A stretch of 64,000 nucleotides of DNA from the NCBI GenBank assembly GCA_028289585.1, contig JANQPI010000035.1, positions 30,717 to 94,716 of the forward strand, read 5' to 3'. The translations under genes and the position numbers were made by a program. The DNA comes from Candidatus Zixiibacteriota bacterium (GTDB lineage Bacteria; Zixibacteria; MSB-5A5; GN15; FEB-12). Below, in pieces: positions 8,290 to 16,201 of this stretch; position 1 is the stretch's first letter; the number at the start of each line of letters is the position of its first letter. The notes beneath the pieces were generated by a model that was not told the DNA's origin, made no database searches, and worked only from the letters and a program-made list of their open reading frames with translations.

Positions 8290-11073
8290 ATGACCATCAC
8301 TAGCCTACGAATCATCACGATTGGCCTGCTTCTGGGTCTGGCGACGACGAACGCTGCGGCACAGTTCTATTTCGGTCAGAACAAAGTTCAGTATACGGAC
8401 TTCGACTGGCAGGTAATGGAAACCAACCACTTCCGAATCTACTTCGATCGCCAGGCAGCCGACATCGCGGGTATCGCTGCTCGATCTGCTGAAGATGCTT
8501 ACGACTCCCTGTCGGCCAAGTTCAACCATGAGCTGACCGGGCGAGTCCCGATGATCATCTATTCCTCACCGTCGTTCTTCTCACAGACCAACACGATTAA
8601 TCAGCTCGTCCCGGAATCGGTCGCCGGGTTCACGGAGTTTCTCAAAGGCCGTGTTGTCCTTCCGTTCAACGGCTCGTATCGCGACTTCGATCACGTCATC
8701 ACTCACGAGGTAGTGCACGTCTTCCAGATTGATCGTCTGCAGAAAGCGCTCGCTCGCCAGGGGAACATCCGCTATGGCTGGCCGCCGCTCTGGTTTACTG
8801 AGGGCCTGGCGGAATACTGGTCGAAAGACTGGGATACCGAAGCGGATATGTTCGTGAAGGATATGGTCTTAAATGACCGTCTGCCGGCGATCGATGAGCT
8901 CTGGGCCTTTCGCGGTACGTACTTCATGTACAAACTCGGCGAGTCGATCTGCACGTTCATTGATACGACATACGGATCGGACGTCCTGACGCGGATTTAT
9001 CAGAACTGGTCGAAAGATCGGAGCTTCGATGAAGTCGTCCGGCTGACGACCAACGTGTCACTCGATGAAATTTCACGACAGTGGCAGTATTCACTCAAGA
9101 AGCGCTACTTCCCGCAGATCGACACCCTCGGACTGCCGCAGCTCGAATCGCGCCAGTTAACCCGTGATGGCTTCACTCCGGTTGGCGTACCCCTGCGTTG
9201 GGCTGATCCGTCGACCGGCGATACGACCGAATGGTTGGTCTTCAAGGCAAATCGGGTCGGATATACCGGGCTGTACCGGATGCCGCTCGGTGGTGGCGAA
9301 GTCGAAACGCTGGTCAGGGGTGAGCGGTCGTCGGATTTCGAGTCGCTGCACCTCCTGCGCTCGTCGATCGATGCCAACGACAACGGTGAGATCGTCTTCT
9401 CCGCCAAATCGAAAGAGCGTGATCTCCTCAACGTCTATTCGCTGGCGGAGATGGACGTCGTCGACCGTTATGAGATTCCTCATCTGACCGCTGCCCGTTC
9501 GCCACGACTTTCGCCCGATGGACGTTACATCGTCTTCACTGGCCACGAACGATCCGGTTACAGCAATCTCTACTTGCTCGATCGAACGACCGGCGGGTCG
9601 TTCGCCCTTCTTGATGATCGTTGGCATGATGTTGATCCCGCGTTTACTCCCGAGGGTTCGGCAGTCATTTTCGTCTCCGATCGTGGCCGTCATGGCGCCA
9701 GCGGTGCGACCAATCTGTTTCGCTATGATCTCGAATCGAAGCGCATTGCCCAGTTAACGTTTGGACCGTTCGAGGATCGTTCGCCCGAACCGACCGACTA
9801 CGGCATCTTCTTTTCGTCGAACCGGACCGGATCGTACAACGTGTTGCTTCGTCATGACGACGGAACGTTGACTCAGCAGTCGACGATGGTTACGGGGGCG
9901 TTCTCGCCTCGTTTGACGCCCGACGGTAAGTCGCTCACGTATACCGGCTACTCCAATCTGCGTTATCAACTCTACCAGTTGCGTCTCCCCGACGATCCGG
10001 CTGATGTTACCGATTTTCCGGCAACGACTGTCGCTGCCTGGCATCCCGAACGAATCGATTCCAGCTATACGCGCTCGTCGATTCGCTACGACACCGAGTT
10101 CTCGTTCGACATCGCCCAGTCGCAGATCGGGTATGATCCAATTTCCGGTACGGTCGGTGGTTTTCAAGCAGCCCTCTCCGACATGCTTGGCAATCAGATT
10201 ATCTACTTCCTGCTGACGAACACAGCGGAAGATCGCGATGAGTTCCTGTCGTCGTTCAACGTTGCCATTACCTACCTTGATCGTGGCCGGCGGCTGAATT
10301 ACGGTTTCGGTGCCTACCATATCTACGACGAGTACTTCAATGATCGTGATCAGTTCTACGATGAACGTCAGGCGGGTGGTCTCGGTATCCTCAGCTATCC
10401 GGTAAGCCGCTTTACGCGCTTCGACTTCGCGACGTTTGCGCGCTATCTCAAACGTGATCGTCGCTTCGGTCAGACCGATCGCGAAGCATTTGTGGTGACC
10501 AATTCGATATCGTGGATCGTCGACAATTCACTCTGGGATATTTCGGGACCTATCGAGGGCCGTCGTTACAATATCACCGCGGCCCTCAGTACGGCTGCCG
10601 ACAAGGGTCGGATCTGGAGTCGCACGTTTTCTGTCGATTTGCGACATTACTTCCGAATCGGCCGTTACTCGGCCTTTGCCAACCGTCTTTACGGCTACAC
10701 CTCAGACGGAATCGAACCGCAACGGAGGTATTTCGGGGGTTCCTGGTCATTCCGAGGTTTCGATCGCCGCGAGTGGTATGTGCCGCATATTCTCTTTGCT
10801 TCGAACGAGCTTCGTTTCCCGTTGGTTGACAATCTGCTGATCGGACTGCCCATTGGCGCGCTTGGTTTCCAGGCAATTCGTGGTGCGCTGTTCTTCGACG
10901 TTGGCTCGGCCTGGGAGGATGACTTCGATCAATTCCTCGGGTCGTTTGGGGCCGGCATACGCGTGACGCTTGGCTACTACGCTGTCCTGCGTTTCGACTT
11001 CTCACGAACGACAGATTTCGAGACGGTCTCCGACGGCACCGATGTCGACTTCTTCTTCGGATGGAATTTCTGA
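8290..11073 (+). CDS. Secreted chimera: gluzincin-like metallopeptidase motif, TolB/WD40-like beta-propeller repeats and a C-terminal Omp85 (BamA/TamA-type) beta-barrel
   Basis: Signal peptide MTITSLRIITIGLLLGLATTNAAAQ at in-frame ATG 8290. HEVVH, with WFTEGLAEYW about 28 residues downstream. Repeats SPRLSPDGRYIVFTG, PAFTPEGSAVIFVSDR and SPRLTPDGKSLTYTG. Omp85-type GGSWSFRGF and a terminal ...DVDFFFGWNF. The track ORF starts at 8077, but that extension has no signal peptide. Confidence 0.7.
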   Translation: MTITSLRIITIGLLLGLATTNAAAQFYFGQNKVQYTDFDWQVMETNHFRIYFDRQAADIAGIAARSAEDAYDSLSAKFNHELTGRVPMIIYSSPSFFSQTNTINQLVPESVAGFTEFLKGRVVLPFNGSYRDFDHVITHEVVHVFQIDRLQKALARQGNIRYGWPPLWFTEGLAEYWSKDWDTEADMFVKDMVLNDRLPAIDELWAFRGTYFMYKLGESICTFIDTTYGSDVLTRIYQNWSKDRSFDEVVRLTTNVSLDEISRQWQYSLKKRYFPQIDTLGLPQLESRQLTRDGFTPVGVPLRWADPSTGDTTEWLVFKANRVGYTGLYRMPLGGGEVETLVRGERSSDFESLHLLRSSIDANDNGEIVFSAKSKERDLLNVYSLAEMDVVDRYEIPHLTAARSPRLSPDGRYIVFTGHERSGYSNLYLLDRTTGGSFALLDDRWHDVDPAFTPEGSAVIFVSDRGRHGASGATNLFRYDLESKRIAQLTFGPFEDRSPEPTDYGIFFSSNRTGSYNVLLRHDDGTLTQQSTMVTGAFSPRLTPDGKSLTYTGYSNLRYQLYQLRLPDDPADVTDFPATTVAAWHPERIDSSYTRSSIRYDTEFSFDIAQSQIGYDPISGTVGGFQAALSDMLGNQIIYFLLTNTAEDRDEFLSSFNVAITYLDRGRRLNYGFGAYHIYDEYFNDRDQFYDERQAGGLGILSYPVSRFTRFDFATFARYLKRDRRFGQTDREAFVVTNSISWIVDNSLWDISGPIEGRRYNITAALSTAADKGRIWSRTFSVDLRHYFRIGRYSAFANRLYGYTSDGIEPQRRYFGGSWSFRGFDRREWYVPHILFASNELRFPLVDNLLIGLPIGALGFQAIRGALFFDVGSAWEDDFDQFLGSFGAGIRVTLGYYAVLRFDFSRTTDFETVSDGTDVDFFFGWNF

Positions 11074-12251
11074 TGCGATGGTTCACCGCCACTCTGTTGA
11101 TGGCTACCATTGCCTTCGTTGGCTGCGGCGGATCGTATTCGATGCGCAGTACGGAGTTCACCACCTCACCCTGGCCTGTTGATCGCGGAACAGTACACCG
11201 CACGGGGTCAATCGGCGAATCGCAATTTGGGAGCGACTGGCAGATTGCTTGGCAGCATCGGCGGGGAGATCGACCCGAGGGGCCGTTGGCTCTGGCGCAT
11301 CACCGCCTGATTTATCCCAGCAGCCGCAAACGGCTCGTCTTCTTTGTCGACAGTACCGGAGATCGGTCCGGGCAAACCAAACTCAAAGGGGTAGCTCAGA
11401 GTGGCCTTGCCGTCGCCGATTCTCTCCTCACCTACGCCTTGCGCCATAAGAAGAACCGCATCGAGGGGTACGACCTGAGGCGAGGGGATATCCTCTGGAA
11501 GCGACCTCTCAAGGACCCCGGCCCGGGACCGATAGTACTCAATAACCGGATTATTGCGGCGGGCAGTGACGGCGTGGTGATGGCGCTCGATCCGAGAACC
11601 GGATCGGTGCACTGGCAACACAACTGGTCCGCCCGCTGGCGCTCGGGTCCGACGGTGCATGATTCGCTCCTCCTGATGAGCACCGATAACGCGGTTTGGC
11701 TTTTTTCCGCGGAATCGGGCGACTCGCTCGGGGTGGTCGAGATACCAGGAACCGTCGTCGGTCACGTAGCGGTCGGTGCGTTTGCCATCGCCGCCAGCCT
11801 TGACGGCACCGTGATTGGATTCGAACCGTCGTCCGGACAGCTCCGCTGGTCGCGCCAGCTCGGGCCTGAGTTCTGGGCTTCGCCGGCAGTGAGCGACGGC
11901 CACGTTGCCGTGGTTGGGACAGATGGTCGCCTGCTGGTGTTGCGCGAGCACGATGGCACAACAGTTTGGGAACGCGAACTTGGAGAGGTTGTCACCGCGG
12001 CGCCTTTGGTCGCCGGCAACCACCTGATACTCGGAACGCAGCGAGGCACACTATTCGTACTCGATCACCATACCGGCGCCCTGATCACCCGATTTCAGTT
12101 CGTGGGTGGATTCACGCAGGCGCCGATAACCGACGGAACGAGGGTGTATCTCGCGACCGATCGGGGAACCGTTGCGGCACTGGAGGCCCCTCGTGACCAG
12201 CACGCCATCGTCCCTTCGCATGGCCGCTCTTCTGCGGCAGGACTGCCATGA
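11073..12251 (+). CDS. PQQ-like beta-propeller lipoprotein (BamB-like)
   Basis: ATG 11073 overlaps the upstream TGA by 1 nt. Lipobox MRWFTATLLMATIAFVGCGGS. Repeated motifs DGVVMALDPRTGSVHWQ, DGTVIGFEPSSGQLRWS, DGRLLVLREHDGTTVWE and RGTLFVLDHHTGALI are typical of BamB/PQQ propellers. Confidence 0.7.
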   Translation: MRWFTATLLMATIAFVGCGGSYSMRSTEFTTSPWPVDRGTVHRTGSIGESQFGSDWQIAWQHRRGDRPEGPLALAHHRLIYPSSRKRLVFFVDSTGDRSGQTKLKGVAQSGLAVADSLLTYALRHKKNRIEGYDLRRGDILWKRPLKDPGPGPIVLNNRIIAAGSDGVVMALDPRTGSVHWQHNWSARWRSGPTVHDSLLLMSTDNAVWLFSAESGDSLGVVEIPGTVVGHVAVGAFAIAASLDGTVIGFEPSSGQLRWSRQLGPEFWASPAVSDGHVAVVGTDGRLLVLREHDGTTVWERELGEVVTAAPLVAGNHLILGTQRGTLFVLDHHTGALITRFQFVGGFTQAPITDGTRVYLATDRGTVAALEAPRDQHAIVPSHGRSSAAGLP

Positions 12252-14376
12252 GTTAACGCACAGCTTCATTCGTGAACTCGCTCTGGCAACACGCAAGTTT
12301 GCCATCTACGGTCCCGACCACCAGGTCGCCACCCGTTCTCTCGACGCCCCTCTTCGCCATCTTGCGATTCTTCTGAAAGTTCGCACCCACGTGATCGTTG
12401 CTCTCGATCGAGGTCAGCTATCCTGTGCTAATATCACGATCCGACCGAGTGTCCAGACCGGACCACTGGTCGAAGCGATGCAGCGCCTCGACACCTATAC
12501 GATCTCGTTTTTCCCGGGCGCCACCGCCGGGCATCTAGGTCAGTTTCTGACATCTCTGGTTCGCCGCGAACACCAGTTCGATCCGAATTTTGATCTCGCC
12601 TCTCATTTGAAGGCTCAGAACCTGACGACCGTTACCGTCAATTCGGAATTCGGGACGGAAGTCCACGAAAATCGCAAACTGTACCGCGGTGACGTTGCGG
12701 GCGACTTCACGACTCGCCATCTCCTCGCCGATCAGATCGGTACCGATCCGAAGCGGATCGCTACCGTCAATCTCGGCGATGATCAACGTCTGATTGACCT
12801 CGGCATTGACTATCATCCGGAACTGGTCCGGTACGTCGTGCCCGAGCTGATTGCTCGGATCCCGGTCCACGAGATGGTCGCCATGATCAAGCGGTTGTTC
12901 GCCGACGCCGAAGATCTCGATCCCAACGGTAGTGCGTCGGCGCCCGCCCTGGCCGGATCACTGTTGGCGCTGACCGAGTTTCACCCGCGCCGGGCTGACA
13001 TCGTATCCCAGTTGCCGGGCTTGAGCGAGGCCGAAGAACCGACGTCGGTTCCGCCGTCGGTTCAGATGAAAGAGGAAGTAGCCTCGGCGTTCGATAGCTC
13101 CCTTCAGGCGATTTTTGCTGGTTCAGGTTCAATTGACGACCTGCCACGGCTGTTCGATCGCCTGCTGAAGACGGGACAGGAAGTCAAAGCCGCTGACATT
13201 CTCGGTGATCTCATTGATCGGTTGGATGTCATCAATCCGCATGACCGTCAGACGGCTGCCGAAATTCTGCTGGCACTGCTGCCACTCATTTCGCCGCAAC
13301 GTCAGCAGGCACTCCTGAAGTCGCTCATCGATACGGTAACGCAGATCGTACTCGATCAGCGGGAAGCGCTTGAGCATGCCGAGCTGATTACGGCGCTTTT
13401 CGATCACCTCTTTGCAGCTGCCTGGTATGAACCACTCATCACGTTGTCCGCGGCGTTGCATGATCGGACCACCCGCGAAGCCGAGCATACGACCTACGAT
13501 TCGCTCGGTATTCGACGTGTCTTCGAAAAGCTGAATCGTCCTGCAATGGTCGAACGATACCGCGAGCTACTCGTCACCGCCGACCACGAGACAACGCAGC
13601 AGCTCCGGTCGATTCTCAGCTCGATTGGTACCGAGAGCCTCGCTGCCGGTCTGGCCGAAATAATCACGCATGACAACCGCCAGGTCCGTCAAACCGTCCT
13701 GCGGATCCTGACCGAGCTTGGTCCGGCAACACTCGCCGTGGTTGCACGTATCCTGGCCGACGAGAGCCTTTGGCTCCGTGCGGCCGATCGAACCGAACTG
13801 CCGGATCAGCAATGGTATGTCGTCCGCAATTCGATCTACGTGCTTGGCGGTATCCGTGAAACGCGCGGTGTTGAGGTCCTTCATGGTCTCGTTGGTGATG
13901 CCGACCTGCGGGTTCGTCGCGAGATCATCGCCGCGCTTGAGAAGATCGGTGGCAGCAACGCAGTGGACCTGCTCTCGGTCATGGCCGAGGATGTCGTTCC
14001 GGAGATTCGCGAGGCGGCCCTCATCACGATCGGGCTAATCGGCGACGCCGATGCTTCGCCGCTGGTGATCGCGCACATTACGAACGACGCCAAACTGACG
14101 CTCAAAGGGATTGCGGCGCTGGGGCGGCTTGGTGGCGAGGCCGCCTGTAGCTGGCTTGGCGAGGCGCTGACCGATCCGGAGGCGTTCTCTGAGCTCGATC
14201 GCGGTATGGTCGGCAAAGACGACCTACGGGCCGCTCTTATCCGAGCGTTGGCTCAGACTGGCGAAGCTTCGGCCCGCGAGCAGATCAAGGTGTTCAAGGA
14301 GTCGCTGTCGACCGCGAGTCGGCTGTTTGGCCGGAATTCAGCGGTTCAGAAGGCGTTGTCAGACGTCGGCATCTAG
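12220..14376 (+). CDS. Large protein with C-terminal HEAT (PBS-lyase-type) repeats; the N-terminal ~480 aa are unassigned
   Basis: HEAT-like repeats (VRQTVLRILTELGPATL..., LRVRREIIAALEKIGGSNAVDLL, PEIREAALITIGLIGDADASPLV). The start is uncertain (ATG 12220 chosen; the track ORF begins at 12172) and overlaps the upstream gene. Confidence 0.55.
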   Translation: MAALLRQDCHELTHSFIRELALATRKFAIYGPDHQVATRSLDAPLRHLAILLKVRTHVIVALDRGQLSCANITIRPSVQTGPLVEAMQRLDTYTISFFPGATAGHLGQFLTSLVRREHQFDPNFDLASHLKAQNLTTVTVNSEFGTEVHENRKLYRGDVAGDFTTRHLLADQIGTDPKRIATVNLGDDQRLIDLGIDYHPELVRYVVPELIARIPVHEMVAMIKRLFADAEDLDPNGSASAPALAGSLLALTEFHPRRADIVSQLPGLSEAEEPTSVPPSVQMKEEVASAFDSSLQAIFAGSGSIDDLPRLFDRLLKTGQEVKAADILGDLIDRLDVINPHDRQTAAEILLALLPLISPQRQQALLKSLIDTVTQIVLDQREALEHAELITALFDHLFAAAWYEPLITLSAALHDRTTREAEHTTYDSLGIRRVFEKLNRPAMVERYRELLVTADHETTQQLRSILSSIGTESLAAGLAEIITHDNRQVRQTVLRILTELGPATLAVVARILADESLWLRAADRTELPDQQWYVVRNSIYVLGGIRETRGVEVLHGLVGDADLRVRREIIAALEKIGGSNAVDLLSVMAEDVVPEIREAALITIGLIGDADASPLVIAHITNDAKLTLKGIAALGRLGGEAACSWLGEALTDPEAFSELDRGMVGKDDLRAALIRALAQTGEASAREQIKVFKESLSTASRLFGRNSAVQKALSDVGI

Positions 14377-14413
14377 CCGCTCGCGACTACCGTAATCAAT
14401 CTCCAGTACCCAC

Positions 14414-14490
14414 TGCCATAGTGGCGCTTCAGCATGCCGAAGAGGCATTTCAAGTGTGCCGTTGTGGCATTGTCTGGCGCCATATTGGCA
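14414..14490. promoter_or_regulatory. Array of four phased inverted repeats, TGCC-N5-GGCA, in the hsp20 upstream region
   Basis: TGCCATAGTGGCG (14414-14426), TGCCGAAGAGGCA (14435-14447), TGCCGTTGTGGCA (14457-14469), CGCCATATTGGCA (14478-14490). Centre-to-centre spacing is 21, 22 and 21 bp. Confidence 0.6.
14475..14490 (+). promoter_or_regulatory. Sigma-54-like -24/-12 element (TGGCGC-N5-TGGCA), candidate hsp20 promoter
   Basis: TGGCGCCATATTGGCA has the GG-N10-GC spacing. The -12 element reads TGGC rather than TTGC. It overlaps the fourth palindrome, so the resemblance may be incidental. Confidence 0.3.
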
Positions 14491-14633
14491 TAACCGGTTC
14501 CAGTCTCAATCCTACAAAAAAACGTAACTCGTTGTAAGAGAGCCGACTATGTCGGTTGGCATGAGGGTTGTTTAGTCATTGGCTGAATGACAAACCGAAC
14601 GCAAACGATAACGATACGCAAGGAGAGCTAACA

Positions 14634-15059
14634 ATGACGCACCTGACGATTTCAAACCGACTGGAGAACGAAATCAACCGCTTCTTCAACGAGGCGTTCG
14701 ACCGCCCGGCCCGCTCCCGCTCAACCGCCACCGGTTGGCCGCGAGTGAACATCGCCGACGGCGCGGACGAGATCGCGCTGATCTTCTCCCTCCCCGGTTT
14801 CGAGAAGGAGAACATCAAGGTCACTGTGACCGACAATGTTCTGACGGTTTCCGGCAAGCGCGAGCTGAGCACCGATCTCAAGGACGCAAACTGGGTCCGC
14901 ACCGAGTACCGCGCCGGTGAGTTCAGCCGCTCGCTGACGCTACCCGAGACGGTGAACACCGACGCGATCAAGGCGGATTACAAGAATGGTCTTCTGGAAG
15001 TCCGTCTCGCCAAGATCGAAGAGGTCAAGCCGAAGGAAATCGAAGTCAAAGTTTCATAA
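14634..15059 (+). CDS. hsp20: Small heat-shock protein, Hsp20/alpha-crystallin family
   Basis: ATG 14634 is preceded by AGGAG (14621-14625). Alpha-crystallin core: PRVNIADGADEIALIFSLPGFEKENIKVTVTDNVLTVSGKRE...AGEFSRSLTLPETV...ADYKNGLLEVRL. Confidence 0.9.
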   Translation: MTHLTISNRLENEINRFFNEAFDRPARSRSTATGWPRVNIADGADEIALIFSLPGFEKENIKVTVTDNVLTVSGKRELSTDLKDANWVRTEYRAGEFSRSLTLPETVNTDAIKADYKNGLLEVRLAKIEEVKPKEIEVKVS

Positions 15060-15093
15060 AGCACCAGTAACGTGGTGTCGTGGCGTGGTGGAA

Positions 15094-15120
15094 GGTCGGG
15101 CGGCAACGCCCGGCCTTTCC
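15094..15120 (+). terminator. Candidate intrinsic terminator after hsp20
   Basis: GGTCGGGCG-GCAA-CGCCCGGCC stem-loop (9 bp including one G-U pair) followed by TTTCC. The U-tract is short. Confidence 0.4.
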
Positions 15121-15260
15121 CGTATGTGTGACTCAGTCACTCTGTTTGTCGCACACTTTGTGTGTCTCGAATGTGCTGTTTACTGTTACCTGCTAGTATG
15201 ATGATTGAAATGAATCGCACCGCGGGTGCGACGTAGAATAGGGAAGGAGGTGATACGGAA

Positions 15261-16199
15261 TTGGCGATGAACGACTATTACAAAATTCTCGGCGTAAGCG
15301 AGAACGCGACGCCCGAGGAGATGAAGAAGCAATTCCGCAAGCTCGCCAAGGAGTATCACCCCGATCGGCATCAGGGTGACCCGGCGAAAGAGGCGAAGTT
15401 CAAGGAGATTGCCGAGGCGTACGACACGCTGTCCGATCCGAAGAAGCGCCAGGAATACGACATGATGCGCCGCTACGGTGCCCACACCGGTGCCGGTAAC
15501 TTTGGCGGCGGCCAGGGCTTCCCCGGTGGAATGGGGGGCGGCAACTTCCAGGGCGGGTTCACGTTCGACTTTGAGGATTTCCTCAATCGCGGCAGCCAAC
15601 GCGGATCCGGAATTGACGACATCCTCAACGAGATCTTCGGTGCCGGGATGTCCGGCCGAGGCTTCGGCCAGCGACCGAATCCGTTTGGACGAGCGACGCA
15701 AAAGCCAACCAAAGGCCAGGATATCGTTGCCCGTCTTGCGATCTCATTTACCGAGGCGGCGAACGGCACGACACGCCGCATTGAGTTGACGAACGGTATA
15801 AAGCTCAACGCAAAGATTCCGGCGGGGATCGCCGATGGCGGCAAGATTCGCCTGCGCGGGCAGGGGAATCCGAGCCACAACGGTGGTCCGGCGGGTGACT
15901 TGATTATTACGGTGACGGTTATGCCTGATCGAGATTTCGAGCGCAAAGGAAACGATATCTATTCATCGACGACGATCTCGTTCAAGGATGCGATTCTGGG
16001 GACAAAGATCGACGTGCGCACGTTATCCAAGACCGTCACGCTGAGCGTGCCGGCAGGCACCCAGCCGGGTACAAAGCTGCGCTTGAAAGAGATGGGTTTG
16101 GATGTCGGCGGCAAGACCGGCGATCATTATGTGACTATAAACGTCACTATTCCGAAATCGCTGACCGACGAACAGCGTGAGGCGCTGGAACGTTTCTGA
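15261..16199 (+). CDS. cbpA: DnaJ-class co-chaperone without a zinc-finger domain (CbpA/class B type)
   Basis: J domain [35 protein letters not shown]-rich linker and C-terminal substrate-binding domains. No CxxCxGxG repeats. RBS GGAAGGAGG at 15242-15250. The start is TTG 15261 or ATG 15267. Confidence 0.88.
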   Translation: MAMNDYYKILGVSENATPEEMKKQFRKLAKEYHPDRHQGDPAKEAKFKEIAEAYDTLSDPKKRQEYDMMRRYGAHTGAGNFGGGQGFPGGMGGGNFQGGFTFDFEDFLNRGSQRGSGIDDILNEIFGAGMSGRGFGQRPNPFGRATQKPTKGQDIVARLAISFTEAANGTTRRIELTNGIKLNAKIPAGIADGGKIRLRGQGNPSHNGGPAGDLIITVTVMPDRDFERKGNDIYSSTTISFKDAILGTKIDVRTLSKTVTLSVPAGTQPGTKLRLKEMGLDVGGKTGDHYVTINVTIPKSLTDEQREALERF

Positions 16200-16201
16200 C
16201 T

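Noticed and set aside
15128-15140. Inverted repeat GTGAC-TCA-GTCAC and nearby TGTGTG repeats upstream of the dnaJ-like gene. A CGCACC-GCG-GGTGCG hairpin also lies at 15216-15230.
   Set aside because: The arms are only 5-6 bp, which is expected by chance in a 200-nt spacer. There is no match to CIRCE, HAIR or sigma-32 consensus. Noted but not reported as a feature.
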